IMG/VR virus record: IMGVR_UViG_3300032308_001681 | Location: 1 to 64,000 of that record | From: a virus | DNA length: 64,000 nucleotides | Direction: 5' to 3' (one strand) | Part shown: positions 47,206-56,318 of the stretch, piece by piece | How the letters are laid out: every line of letters starts with the position of its first letter | How positions within the stretch are numbered: position 1 is the first letter of the stretch | Program-made: the position numbers and the translations under genes | Notes under the pieces: generated by a model | Databases searched by the model: none | Told to the model about the DNA's origin: nothing | What the model saw: the letters and a program-made list of their open reading frames with translations, nothing else

Positions 47206-47654
47206 GCTTAAGAAGAAGACCACCATCTCCTAATTTTTCTTTGACCGAGATTACTTCCCGCATCCGAGGGTTTATTTTAGATTCCCAAGTTAATGAGGCC
47301 GACCACATAAGCGGTCTTCTCGGGTGCCCACCAACTAGCGATGAGGTTGCCGACAAAGAATCCGATGAAAGCAATATCCGGATGTCTCGTGTAGAGCACC
47401 TTATTCCCATCATGTACATGTACGCAAAGACAATGGCTGATGGCGTTGTAGACCACCAGCGCACCCACGCTGAAGCCGAACTCGATGACGAAGACCTCAA
47501 CGGAATGAACGCTGCTGCTTGGGCAGCAACTCGGAAGGCGTTTACCCACGTTGCTTTGAATACCCTTATGGGAGCCGTATCTCAAATGGTGGATATGGGA
47601 TACCTTAACCTCGAACCGGAAAAGAAGAGGAAGTCAAGATGGAAGAACCGTTAA
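47202..47654 (+). CDS. hypothetical protein
   Basis: ORF overlapping polA stop, likely GTG start 47202. Confidence 0.65.
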   Translation: MSLRRRPPSPNFSLTEITSRIRGFILDSQVNEADHISGLLGCPPTSDEVADKESDESNIRMSRVEHLIPIMYMYAKTMADGVVDHQRTHAEAELDDEDLNGMNAAAWAATRKAFTHVALNTLMGAVSQMVDMGYLNLEPEKKRKSRWKNR

Positions 47655-47908
47655 AGAAGACTATGACTTACGAGGAAAAGTTTGACATTGCTATTGCCAA
47701 ACTAAAAAAGATGTCAGACAAACATCCCGCTATGGTCTGGTACTCAGAGGCAAAGTTTTTGTACTCATTGCTACCGGAATTGGTTGCAATGCTTGAGCTG
47801 GGTAAGCAGTACAACATCGATAGTTTTACTTTTGAAGAAGACATCGCTGCTCATTGGGAGCACATTCAATTTGTCAATAAAGTTGTAGGAGAAAAAATCA
47901 GTGAATAA
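47639..47908 (+). CDS. hypothetical protein
   Basis: 89-aa ORF in operon. Confidence 0.6.
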   Translation: MEEPLKKTMTYEEKFDIAIAKLKKMSDKHPAMVWYSEAKFLYSLLPELVAMLELGKQYNIDSFTFEEDIAAHWEHIQFVNKVVGEKISE

Positions 47909-48278
47909 CGCAGACTGGTGGGCTAAGAAGTTAGGTCAACAGGCTCCAACACCACAACCCCGGCAAGACCCAACTCCCCAAGCGCCCATAAGCCAGCAAC
48001 CCATGGCGCAAATGCCGCAGCTCCAACGACCTTCGAGTGAAAGGGCCCAAAGTGCAGCACAAACGGCTTCATGTCCTGATTGTGGGTCTGGTAACTACAT
48101 GTCAGTGGCTAATACTGCTCCCCGTTGTTTTGATTGCGGTTACCCTCTGGAGCAGTCTGGCTCTCGTTACGGCTCTCTTGCTGGCGCTCACGTCGAAGGG
48201 GCTGCGCGCTCGGCGGCAGGAAACAACCCCGTTAGTAACTGGAACCCCCAAGGCATCATTGGAAGGATTGGCGAATAA
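47901..48278 (+). CDS. zinc-ribbon protein
   Basis: CPDCGSGNY...RCFDCGYP. Confidence 0.75.
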   Translation: MNNADWWAKKLGQQAPTPQPRQDPTPQAPISQQPMAQMPQLQRPSSERAQSAAQTASCPDCGSGNYMSVANTAPRCFDCGYPLEQSGSRYGSLAGAHVEGAARSAAGNNPVSNWNPQGIIGRIGE

Positions 48279-48685
48279 TGGGTAAGGCATTTTCAAACTT
48301 TGACATTGACTTAAAGTTTGGTCAACTCGGCGAAGCGTATGTTGAAGAGGTTTTTACCGGCGGGTTTAAAAGTGAAGTAAAGACTGACCGTCGTTGGAGA
48401 GACACCAACAATATTTACGTTGAAACCCGTTGCTGGAAAAACGCAACTCGAACATGGGAAGCTTCAGGGGTATACGCCCCGACGCTCGAGGCAGAGATTT
48501 TTACGTACAATCTTGATGGCATGTTAATCTGTGTTCCAATCGAGTCGTTTATTTATACCGTAGAAAATCACGGTCGACCGATTACTTGCGACATCGAGCC
48601 CAACCCAAGTGAGGGCGTTTTGCTTACGGTTTCTGAAATTGCACGAGGACACCGAGAATGGATTAGGGATAATGACAATGATTAA
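48278..48685 (+). CDS. PD-(D/E)XK-like nuclease-domain protein
   Basis: FDIDLKFG..GE, EVKTD...TNNIYVE...SGV. Confidence 0.65.
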   Translation: MGKAFSNFDIDLKFGQLGEAYVEEVFTGGFKSEVKTDRRWRDTNNIYVETRCWKNATRTWEASGVYAPTLEAEIFTYNLDGMLICVPIESFIYTVENHGRPITCDIEPNPSEGVLLTVSEIARGHREWIRDNDND

Positions 48686-49724
48686 CGCTGAAGCACGAAA
48701 GATTATGCTTGCCATCAATAAGCGGTTTGGCGAGAATGTTGTAGTAGTTGGTGAAGACATCCGTGCGGGTCTTATCTCCAAAATTACAACAGGGTCTACG
48801 ACGTTTGACTATGTTCTCGGTGGAGGATTCCCCGGCAACCAGTGGAACGAACTCATTGGAGAAGCCAGCCACGGAAAGACCGCCATTGCGCTCAAGTGCA
48901 TCGCCGCTAATCAAGCGTTGAACCCTGAGCACACCACGGTGTGGGTCGCGGCTGAGCAGTGGGTTCCTGAGTACGCCGCGATGTGCGGTGTCGACACCAG
49001 CCGCGTCATTGTTGTTGAAACTAACATTATGGAAGAGGCATACCAAGCAGTCATTGAGTTCGCCAAGTCCAAAGCAGTGGACGCCATTGTTATTGACTCG
49101 CTTCCGGCGCTGGTTCCTCAGCCCGAGATGGACAAGACAATGGATGAGATGACTGTTGGTCGTGGAGCCCTGCTTACCAACAAGTTCTTCCGTGTAGTGG
49201 GGGATGCCATGAAGCGCAGTCTCATTGAAGAAGAGCGCCCAGTTCTGGGACTTATTATTAATCAGTACCGTATGAAGATTGGCGTCATGCACGGCGACCC
49301 TCGTACGACACCCGGTGGACAGGGCAAGGACTACGCTTTCTTTACCCGCTCTGAGATTCGTCGCGATGAGTGGATTGAGACGGGTTCCGGAAACAACAAA
49401 GTACGCGTAGGTCAGCGAATCAAGATTCGTACGATAAAGAACAAGGTCGCCCCGCCTCAGCAGGTTGCGTACATTGACTATTACTTCAAGAACCACAGCA
49501 TCTACTCCGCAGGTGATTACGATTTTGCCAAGGAAATTGCGGCAATGGTGATTGTCAAGGGAATTGTAGACCGCAAGGGCGGTTGGATATACTACGGTGA
49601 GCGCAAGTGGAATGGCCAAGAGGCATTGGTATCTTCTATTCGTGAAGAGGTAGACTTCATGGAAGAACTTCGTGAAAAAATTCTAGATACACCCGACAGC
49701 ATTATGGAGGCAGTTAATGACTAA
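48672..49724 (+). CDS. recA: RecA-like recombinase
   Basis: TTGS..FD..LGGG, GEASHGKT, IVIDSL, INQYRMKIG...TTPGG, KNKVAPP. Confidence 0.93.
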   Translation: MTMINAEARKIMLAINKRFGENVVVVGEDIRAGLISKITTGSTTFDYVLGGGFPGNQWNELIGEASHGKTAIALKCIAANQALNPEHTTVWVAAEQWVPEYAAMCGVDTSRVIVVETNIMEEAYQAVIEFAKSKAVDAIVIDSLPALVPQPEMDKTMDEMTVGRGALLTNKFFRVVGDAMKRSLIEEERPVLGLIINQYRMKIGVMHGDPRTTPGGQGKDYAFFTRSEIRRDEWIETGSGNNKVRVGQRIKIRTIKNKVAPPQQVAYIDYYFKNHSIYSAGDYDFAKEIAAMVIVKGIVDRKGGWIYYGERKWNGQEALVSSIREEVDFMEELREKILDTPDSIMEAVND

Positions 49725-49956
49725 AGACTTTGTAATCAACGATGTTGAGTGGGCAAAGGTACTCGAATTCCAGTACGAGGTGTACATGGAGGCTTGTTTT
49801 GAATCTTTAGACGCGGATGCTGATGATGAGCCTTTTGAGACTCTTTCTGGAGAACCGTTTTGTGGTTGCAACACCTGCACAACCCGAGAGACGCTGTTCT
49901 TTTTTACCCCCCGCCTTCTTAAGGCAGCCGATGAGGGCAAGGTTGAGCTTGCGTAG
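49717..49956 (+). CDS. hypothetical protein with CGCxxC motif
   Basis: PFCGCNTC; GGAGG RBS. Confidence 0.7.
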   Translation: MTKDFVINDVEWAKVLEFQYEVYMEACFESLDADADDEPFETLSGEPFCGCNTCTTRETLFFFTPRLLKAADEGKVELA

Positions 49957-50263
49957 CGAAGGCCAAAAACAATCACAGGCGCACGAGAAACGTATTGCCA
50001 AAGCAATCGGAGGCAGCACTACTGCTGCCTCCGGTGCTTTTTGGAGCCGTAAAGGCGACGTGCGCAACGCTGATTTGTTGATTGAGCATAAGTGGACAGG
50101 CAAAAAAACTAAAACAATTAGTTCTGTTGAATTAAAGAAGATAACTCTTGAAGCCATCATGGATGGTCGGTTACCTGTATTTGGCATCCATCTAGACGGA
50201 GAAGACTACGTCATCCTTCTGGAAACTGATTTTCTAGAAATGTGGAACAAGCATGAAGGATGA
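49931..50263 (+). CDS. Hjc-like PD-(D/E)XK Holliday junction resolvase
   Basis: HEKRIAK...SGA...KGDV...IEHK; start 49931 or TTG 49949. Confidence 0.7.
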   Translation: MRARLSLRSEGQKQSQAHEKRIAKAIGGSTTAASGAFWSRKGDVRNADLLIEHKWTGKKTKTISSVELKKITLEAIMDGRLPVFGIHLDGEDYVILLETDFLEMWNKHEG

Positions 50264-50567
50264 AACGTGGCGCGAACGCGCACGGTGTTCTGGAATAGAC
50301 ACGGAGTTATTCTTCCCTCCTAGGGATAAAAATAAGTACAAAGACATTGCTACACAGGCCAAGGCCTACTGCTTTGGCGCAAATGGGAACACCCCCTGCC
50401 CAGTTCTTAAAGAGTGCTTGTGGTATGCGATAGACTCAGACGAGGTTCATGGCATCTGGGGCGGCATGAGCCATAGGGAAAGAAACGCTCTTGTAAGAAA
50501 GTGGAAGAAGTCTCCACAAGGAATGACCTTGCAGGAGTACATCATGAATCCAGAAAGAGGGAAATAA
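50253..50567 (+). CDS. whiB: WhiB family transcription factor
   Basis: W..RARC...FFP...AKAYC...CPV..EC..YA...GIWGG. Confidence 0.95.
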   Translation: MKDETWRERARCSGIDTELFFPPRDKNKYKDIATQAKAYCFGANGNTPCPVLKECLWYAIDSDEVHGIWGGMSHRERNALVRKWKKSPQGMTLQEYIMNPERGK

Positions 50568-51421
50568 TGCCAGAGCCAAAGTCAGACTTGCGTAAATTCT
50601 TAGACGCAAAAGCCCGCCCATCTCGAGTTATGGGGGACATTGAGCGCCACCTTATGGCAAAGCCACCGGGTGACCGGTCTACCACCGTCCTTCACCCCTC
50701 CGAAATTATTAAGCGAGACTGGTGTAAGCGTGCTTCGTACTTCTTGCTGAACGGTGTACCAAAGGTACACGAGAAGATTCCTCTTCGACTTCAGTCCATC
50801 TTTGATGAAGGACACGCCATTCACTCTAAGTGGCAACGCTGGTTTCAAGAAATGGGTGTACTTCACGGACAGTTTCTTTGTTTGGTGTGTGACAAGGTAA
50901 CTTTGGGAACTTCCCCAAAAGAGTGCGTGCACTGTGACGCCCCATGGGCAAAGTTGATTTACAACGAAGTAACCCTCCGCGACGAAGAACTGCGCATTGC
51001 AGGCCACACCGACGGCTGGCTAAAGGGTATGGGCGATGATTGTCTTATTGAGATTAAGTCCATTGGTCCGGGCACCATCCGCGTAGAGGCTCCCAGCCTG
51101 ATGCAGGATGCTGGCGGAGACTTTATGAAGGCATGGGGCAACGTCCGTCGCCCGTTCTCTCCGCACATTCTTCAGGGGCAGGTGTACCTCGAGCTTATGC
51201 GTCGAATGGGTAACCCTGTAGAAGAGATTGTGTTTATCTACGAACTCAAGGCCGACCAGTCCTCGAAAGAGTTCACTATAAAAAGAGACTATGAACTTGT
51301 TCGCCATGTGTTTGATGGCGCAGAGAAAGTTCTAAAAGCAATCGACGCTGGAGTTGCCCCCGTATGTTCTAACAATTTGGGAGGAACCTGCAAGCAGTGC
51401 GCTCCCTACGAGGAGGTCTGA
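50567..51421 (+). CDS. Cas4-like exonuclease
   Basis: HPSE...WC, GHAIH, GHTDG, IEIKS, QGQVY, C-terminal C..CKQC. Confidence 0.85.
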   Translation: MPEPKSDLRKFLDAKARPSRVMGDIERHLMAKPPGDRSTTVLHPSEIIKRDWCKRASYFLLNGVPKVHEKIPLRLQSIFDEGHAIHSKWQRWFQEMGVLHGQFLCLVCDKVTLGTSPKECVHCDAPWAKLIYNEVTLRDEELRIAGHTDGWLKGMGDDCLIEIKSIGPGTIRVEAPSLMQDAGGDFMKAWGNVRRPFSPHILQGQVYLELMRRMGNPVEEIVFIYELKADQSSKEFTIKRDYELVRHVFDGAEKVLKAIDAGVAPVCSNNLGGTCKQCAPYEEV

Positions 51422-51882
51422 TGTCTGCTTTGGATAAGTTTGAAGAAATGGGGCTGGTGTTTACCAAGCCTTCTTTAGAGCAAGTAACCCTGCCCCCAGA
51501 CATCACCATGCTGAGCAGTGAGCAGCTGGCGGAGAAGTTTACCGCGTTGACCGCATGGGCAGACTACATTGCCTCTCAACTGGCCGTGGCTCAAATTGAA
51601 GAGCGAGCTGCGCAGCGAGCCCTTGACTTTGAAGAGAACAAGCAACTCGTTACCAAGATGGGTTCCGCAGCTCGGGGCGAGCGCATCACCCTTGTCAAAG
51701 CACAGATTTCTGTTGATGATAAAATTGTTAGCCTGTCTCAAAAATACGAAGACAATTACGCATATCGCAAGTTGATGGAGATGCTTCTCAACAACCACGA
51801 AAGAGACCTGTCTTTAGTTTCTCGTGAGATTACTCGACGTGGCAGTGACCAACGTGCTTTGCGTAAGGACTGGGGAGTTTGA
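51421..51882 (+). CDS. coiled-coil protein (possible recombination mediator)
   Basis: helical 153 aa, ends VSREITRR; AGGAGG RBS. Confidence 0.6.
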   Translation: MSALDKFEEMGLVFTKPSLEQVTLPPDITMLSSEQLAEKFTALTAWADYIASQLAVAQIEERAAQRALDFEENKQLVTKMGSAARGERITLVKAQISVDDKIVSLSQKYEDNYAYRKLMEMLLNNHERDLSLVSREITRRGSDQRALRKDWGV

Positions 51883-52076
51883 TGGGTGACCGTAAACTTA
51901 CAGACGCTTACTGGATGGAAATAGGCGCAAAAGCAGAGCGCGCAAAGATACTTGCAAGTCTGCACCAACTGCTGTCAGACGAAGTCAAAGATGTAGCAGG
52001 AGACATGGACCGCGCACGCGGTATTGAAATGGCGATTGAACTGATTAATGGCAAAACGCCCAAAACATATACATGA
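51879..52076 (+). CDS. hypothetical protein
   Basis: GAKAERAKIL motif shared with 52172 gene. Confidence 0.6.
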   Translation: MMGDRKLTDAYWMEIGAKAERAKILASLHQLLSDEVKDVAGDMDRARGIEMAIELINGKTPKTYT

Positions 52077-52161
52077 ATTTGAAGCGTGGGCTTGGTGGAT
52101 AACCATACTTATCGTGGTTATCGTTTCACCAATAGCTGTAATTATTTTATTAAACCTTTAG
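52048..52161 (+). CDS. 37-aa single-pass membrane peptide
   Basis: MAKRPKHIHEFEAWAWWITILIVVIVSPIAVIILLNL; fills gap; not in ORF track. Confidence 0.5.
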   Translation: MAKRPKHIHEFEAWAWWITILIVVIVSPIAVIILLNL

Positions 52162-52171
52162 GAGAACTCAA

Positions 52172-52375
52172 ATGAAGGAGAAAAGCCCTCTTCGCCAGCA
52201 CGACATCCGAACTGGCGCAAAGCAAGAGCGGGAACGCATCCTTGCGCTACTAGAAGCCGAGGTGTGGGATGCACCCGAGATTGCTGACCCATACGTGCGA
52301 CACATTATTGGGCTTATCACTGGAGAAAATAAGGTAAAAGAAATAAACGATTTGTTAGGAATCATAGGCAAATGA
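52172..52375 (+). CDS. hypothetical protein
   Basis: GAKQERERILALL; AGGAG RBS. Confidence 0.65.
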   Translation: MKEKSPLRQHDIRTGAKQERERILALLEAEVWDAPEIADPYVRHIIGLITGENKVKEINDLLGIIGK

Positions 52376-52575
52376 CTGCTCGCAAGTACTTTCTTATTGC
52401 CGACAAAGCACTGGAGTTGCGTTTCGACGGGTGGACTAAATCTCAACGGTTGTCGTACTTTTTAGGGTTTATATCTGCCGAAATAGGAGACGCTCAATTC
52501 TCAGTAATTGTAGATAGGTTAATCCAAAAACAAGGTAGACAATTGGCAGAGTTTGCAGAAGAAGGAAACAAATGA
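52372..52575 (+). CDS. hypothetical protein
   Basis: 67-aa ORF with ATGA overlaps at both ends. Confidence 0.6.
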   Translation: MTARKYFLIADKALELRFDGWTKSQRLSYFLGFISAEIGDAQFSVIVDRLIQKQGRQLAEFAEEGNK

Positions 52576-53159
52576 CTGCCGGTAGAGAAAAGCACTTTGG
52601 TCCCGGAGTATCCAAGACCAAGTTCATTGCCATCGGCATTGACCAGTCACTTACCGGATTTGCCCTGTCAGCGGTCAGTTTAGACGACCCTAGCCATCAC
52701 GACACATGGGTGTACAAGTCCCCGTACAACGGCGTACAGAGGCTGTACGACATATCCCAGTGGATGCGTGGAAAGTTCATGCTGATGTCTGGCCACAAGA
52801 TTGTAGACGTTGCCATGGAGGGTACGGTTCTGGCGTCTCAGTCCGCGTTGGTGCTTGGTGAGCTGTCTGCTGTTGTCAAACTGACACTGTGGGTAATGCA
52901 CGGAAATCAGCCAGAACTACGTACACCATTGCAGATTCCGCCCATGACACTAAAGAAGTACGCGTCAGGTAAGGGCACCTCCAAGAAGCAAGAGATGCTA
53001 CTTCAGATTTACAAGCGGTGGGGCATCGAGTTTAACGACGACAACGCGGCCGATGCGTACGCCCTCGCCAGATTGGCTGGAAGCGTGCACATTGACGCCA
53101 TAGAAAAGGCGATTGTCGAACAAGTTTCTGACCCAAAGTATAGGGACCAAATACAGTAG
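52572..53159 (+). CDS. ruvC: RuvC-like Holliday junction resolvase
   Basis: IGIDQSLTG, AMEG, PMTLKKYASGKG..KK, DDNAADA. Confidence 0.85.
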   Translation: MTAGREKHFGPGVSKTKFIAIGIDQSLTGFALSAVSLDDPSHHDTWVYKSPYNGVQRLYDISQWMRGKFMLMSGHKIVDVAMEGTVLASQSALVLGELSAVVKLTLWVMHGNQPELRTPLQIPPMTLKKYASGKGTSKKQEMLLQIYKRWGIEFNDDNAADAYALARLAGSVHIDAIEKAIVEQVSDPKYRDQIQ

Positions 53160-53215
53160 GACTTCTGTACCCTGAGTATGAGGACGGGCATCGCTAATAT
53201 TAAGGAACACTACCC

Positions 53216-53509
53216 GTGTCAGAAGACATCGTTATTAATTCGTCAGAAGAGCCGTTTCTCCGAGTGAGTGCAGGCTCCAATCCCCAAAACGTGGCATCAG
53301 CAATCGCTCACGCAATCTACGACACTCACGCCGTAAAGGTTAGGGCCGTAGGTGCAGGCGCTGTAAATCAGGCTGTTAAGGCCATCGCCATTGCTCGCGG
53401 GTACGTAGCCCCTCGTGGCCTAGACCTCACGTGTAAGCCGGGGTTTGCAACAATCTCGTCTCGAGATGGCGATATTTCTGCAATTGTTTTTGCCGTTACA
53501 GCGAGTTAA
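53216..53509 (+). CDS. spoVS: SpoVS family (Alba-like nucleic-acid binding) protein
   Basis: LRVS..SNP..VASAIA...RAVGAGAVNQAVKAIAIARGYVAPRGLDL...PGF. Confidence 0.9.
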   Translation: MSEDIVINSSEEPFLRVSAGSNPQNVASAIAHAIYDTHAVKVRAVGAGAVNQAVKAIAIARGYVAPRGLDLTCKPGFATISSRDGDISAIVFAVTAS

Positions 53510-53547
53510 ATAACCTCTACTCTTGATATAAGAGCTAAGGAGTTCTC

Positions 53548-53961
53548 ATGGCAAATTGGTCCGACATGGGTCACGGTATGCGCCGCCGCATGAGTGCGCC
53601 ATCAAACCACCACGAATCGGCAGGTCACGAAATGGCAGAACGTAATCACATGACCTCTGACGAGGCAATGGAGCAGTCCGCATACATGGGCAGCGCTCGC
53701 GTCCCCGTTGGAGCCACGCCCGAGTTTCAGGGCACTATGATGCCCCGGAACAACACGCAGGCCGCTGACCCATCAGACCCCGGTTCAAAGCAGAACCGCG
53801 TAAACATTGAGCGCCTTGGTGCTACCTATCGCGTTACTGCAAAGATGGGCGTATCCATTGACCCTGCTGCAGGTGCCACGATGGCTTCTGCTCGCATTGT
53901 CCCCTCGATTCAGGGCCGCGTTAACCCGAACTTCGATTCGGGTATGCAACAGAGCTACTAA
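53548..53961 (+). CDS. hypothetical protein
   Basis: AAGGAG RBS, TACTCT -10-like hexamer upstream. Confidence 0.75.
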   Translation: MANWSDMGHGMRRRMSAPSNHHESAGHEMAERNHMTSDEAMEQSAYMGSARVPVGATPEFQGTMMPRNNTQAADPSDPGSKQNRVNIERLGATYRVTAKMGVSIDPAAGATMASARIVPSIQGRVNPNFDSGMQQSY

Positions 53962-53972
53962 GGGGCAAAGCC

Positions 53973-54266
53973 ATGTCAGTAGGCAACTTGTCTTCTGCTG
54001 CGTTTGGTGCTGGGAAGTACTTGGGGACAGCCGGTCCTCCAAGCAACTACGGCATTAAAGGCATGCACGAAAACAACTTTGATGACCGTGCGGCTAAAGA
54101 TGCCACGTCGTTTGCCTCTCACTCCTCAGCCACCAACACGTCAATGGGTTCCATGACTGCGTGGAAAGCCCGTAATCCAAGCCACGTTGTCGGTCAGGGC
54201 GCTTGGAACAAGGGTTGGAGCGTTTCGTTTGACAACCCCGCGGCCACACCGCGTCCGCCGGTATAA
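53973..54266 (+). CDS. hypothetical protein
   Basis: 97-aa ORF in operon. Confidence 0.65.
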   Translation: MSVGNLSSAAFGAGKYLGTAGPPSNYGIKGMHENNFDDRAAKDATSFASHSSATNTSMGSMTAWKARNPSHVVGQGAWNKGWSVSFDNPAATPRPPV

Positions 54267-54268
54267 CG

Positions 54269-55060
54269 ATGGCCCGGAACGTTCGTGACCTTCAAGAAGG
54301 CGCCTCTGTAGGACGGGATGCCTCGGCTCCAAATGCAGCGCAGGGAGCCGCTGAGTACGCGCGACAGATAGGCTTGGTACGACCTAACCGGTTTGACAAT
54401 GTTCTTGTTAACGAACCTCAAGCTCGACGCATTGCCCAAGACTATCTTACCGCACCGGAATACGACCCGGCAGCCGAGCCACACTTCCGTGCAATGGCTG
54501 AAGAGACAAAACATCAATTTGACTACATGACTCGTCCCCGTAATCGCGGTGGAATGGGGATGTCGTTTGAAGTGTCTGCTACTGACCCGTACACCAAACC
54601 GTCTATTCACCCAGACTCTGAGTACGACGCACCGGACCCCGCGGCAATGATGCGGGACGTTTCGGAAAACAACCGTATTAAAGTGCTTTCTACCCGTACA
54701 ACAGGTTCGCATCCGTATTTTACAGACGATGAGAATGACATGTTTCGTGGTGTGCACGACGTGTTTGGGCACGCAGCAATAGGTAGAGGGTTTGACGCTC
54801 ACGGTGAAGAGGCCGCTTTTCGAAGCCACTACGCTATGTACGGACCATTGGCGCGTCAAGCCATGGCCGTTGAAACTCGTGGCCAGAATTCAACAAACAA
54901 TTATGGTGGATTGACCCGAGGTGCGTATGCCCCAAACAAAGTGATAACATTGCCTTCAACGCAATTAATCACTCCGATTGGTCGTCGTACTGTTTTTGAA
55001 ACAGCATTTGCGCAGGCCAAGCGGGCACACGAGAGGGCATTTGGACCAGTAAATGAATAA
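54269..55060 (+). CDS. HDxxGH zincin-like domain protein
   Basis: NDMFRGVHDVFGH...GEEAA...H..MY...ETRGQNS. Confidence 0.6.
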   Translation: MARNVRDLQEGASVGRDASAPNAAQGAAEYARQIGLVRPNRFDNVLVNEPQARRIAQDYLTAPEYDPAAEPHFRAMAEETKHQFDYMTRPRNRGGMGMSFEVSATDPYTKPSIHPDSEYDAPDPAAMMRDVSENNRIKVLSTRTTGSHPYFTDDENDMFRGVHDVFGHAAIGRGFDAHGEEAAFRSHYAMYGPLARQAMAVETRGQNSTNNYGGLTRGAYAPNKVITLPSTQLITPIGRRTVFETAFAQAKRAHERAFGPVNE

Positions 55061-55256
55061 GAAAACTGTAGGAGTAGACATTCCTACCGCAGAGTATATG
55101 CTTGACCTTCCTGAAGGAACGCGGATTCTTTCTGCCTCGGTTTCCGGAGGAAAGCTCATGCTTACGTTGGATACAGTGCATGACTTTCCAGATGGAAGTA
55201 CGTTGGTTTACCAGCGAGATGACTACGGTAACACGGCATTGATTGGCGCTAACTAA
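55053..55256 (+). CDS. hypothetical protein
   Basis: 67-aa ORF overlapping upstream stop. Confidence 0.6.
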   Translation: MNKKTVGVDIPTAEYMLDLPEGTRILSASVSGGKLMLTLDTVHDFPDGSTLVYQRDDYGNTALIGAN

Positions 55257-55304
55257 CCGCCAGTTTACTGGGATATTACATGTTCTATACGGGAACATGG
55301 ATAT

Positions 55305-55784
55305 ATGACCCGCCTTTCTGCCGCAATCTGGGACAAGGCACTCTCAGACTCAGATAAACAAACAAAGTTTTTGGGCAACCCCGTTATCAGCGCCGTTGCG
55401 TTTGGTGCTGCCATTCGCAATACCGGCGGAGCTTCAATCAATCTGAAGACAAACGAGTTCCTTAAAAAGAATGAGCCTGTGTACATGGTTGGTGGCGAAG
55501 AGGGTGTAGCCCCAGCAGAGTTGCCCCCTATCGCAGGTTCAAATGAACCTCCTTTGAGCGATATTGTTAACCAGTTGCATCGAGTAAAGACTTCTGTTGG
55601 AAACTCCGGAGAGGTTTACCTTGGAGCATGGAATAACGAAAGAGGAAACGTAGTCTTCGACGCTTCTCGTAAATACGAGGATATGGGTCAAGCTATGGGG
55701 GTTGCCCGTACTCGTCGTGAAGACGCTATTTATGATGTAAAAAACGAACGTGATATTCCCGTAGATTACTCGAAGGACAGCTAA
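55305..55784 (+). CDS. hypothetical protein (YLGxW...DxS...AIYD domain)
   Basis: 159-aa ORF; motif recalled from large phage proteins. Confidence 0.65.
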   Translation: MTRLSAAIWDKALSDSDKQTKFLGNPVISAVAFGAAIRNTGGASINLKTNEFLKKNEPVYMVGGEEGVAPAELPPIAGSNEPPLSDIVNQLHRVKTSVGNSGEVYLGAWNNERGNVVFDASRKYEDMGQAMGVARTRREDAIYDVKNERDIPVDYSKDS

Positions 55785-56317
55785 TGGCCGGTGGATTTAA
55801 TAACATGTCCCCGTCCCAAAACTGGCAGTCAATCGGTGCCGGGGGACTGAACGGGTACAACAACCAAGGTGGCTCTGGTACGCCGATTGCGCGTTCAGAC
55901 CTAGACGCCGTTCGCATTGGTACCGGCCGCGTTCCCTCGGCCGAATACCCCGACGGTTATCTTGGCACCATCCGCTCGCGCCGTGATGACCGCATTCTTG
56001 ACAGCATTAAAAACCGTGTCAACCAAAAGTCGTACCAACGTGGTGTACACAAGGGTGAGCGGATTGAACCCTCGTCATACTTTTGGGCACCAGAGTTTGG
56101 TGCAGAGGACGGAATCCGTCGCCAAATGAAGGCAAAACCTGTTCGGGTTAATGGCGTCATGTCTTACCAGATTCCTCGATTTACGCAAGATATTCGACTT
56201 ACTCCTGCACCGCACCTTGTTAACGACGGAAAAGCCAACACGCGAGCCGGAGAACCGGGAACAATCAACGTCCGCCGCGCGGATATGCTGAACTATCTCA
56301 AACCGGTTTGGAGATAA
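55784..56317 (+). CDS. hypothetical protein
   Basis: 177 aa, AEYPDGYLGTI..RRDDR, YQRGVHKGERI; TAATG coupling. Confidence 0.75.
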   Translation: MAGGFNNMSPSQNWQSIGAGGLNGYNNQGGSGTPIARSDLDAVRIGTGRVPSAEYPDGYLGTIRSRRDDRILDSIKNRVNQKSYQRGVHKGERIEPSSYFWAPEFGAEDGIRRQMKAKPVRVNGVMSYQIPRFTQDIRLTPAPHLVNDGKANTRAGEPGTINVRRADMLNYLKPVWR

Positions 56318-56318
56318 C

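Noticed and set aside
48663-49619. Long minus-strand ORFs (e.g. 318 aa opposite recA, 307 aa at 61744-62667, 240 aa opposite sheath, 227 aa opposite capsid)
   Set aside because: Antisense shadows of well-supported + strand genes with biased codon usage; no RBS or recognisable motifs
50567-51421. CRISPR-Cas system suggested by Cas4-like gene
   Set aside because: No repeat-spacer array or other cas genes seen; stand-alone Cas4-like exonucleases are common in phage recombination modules
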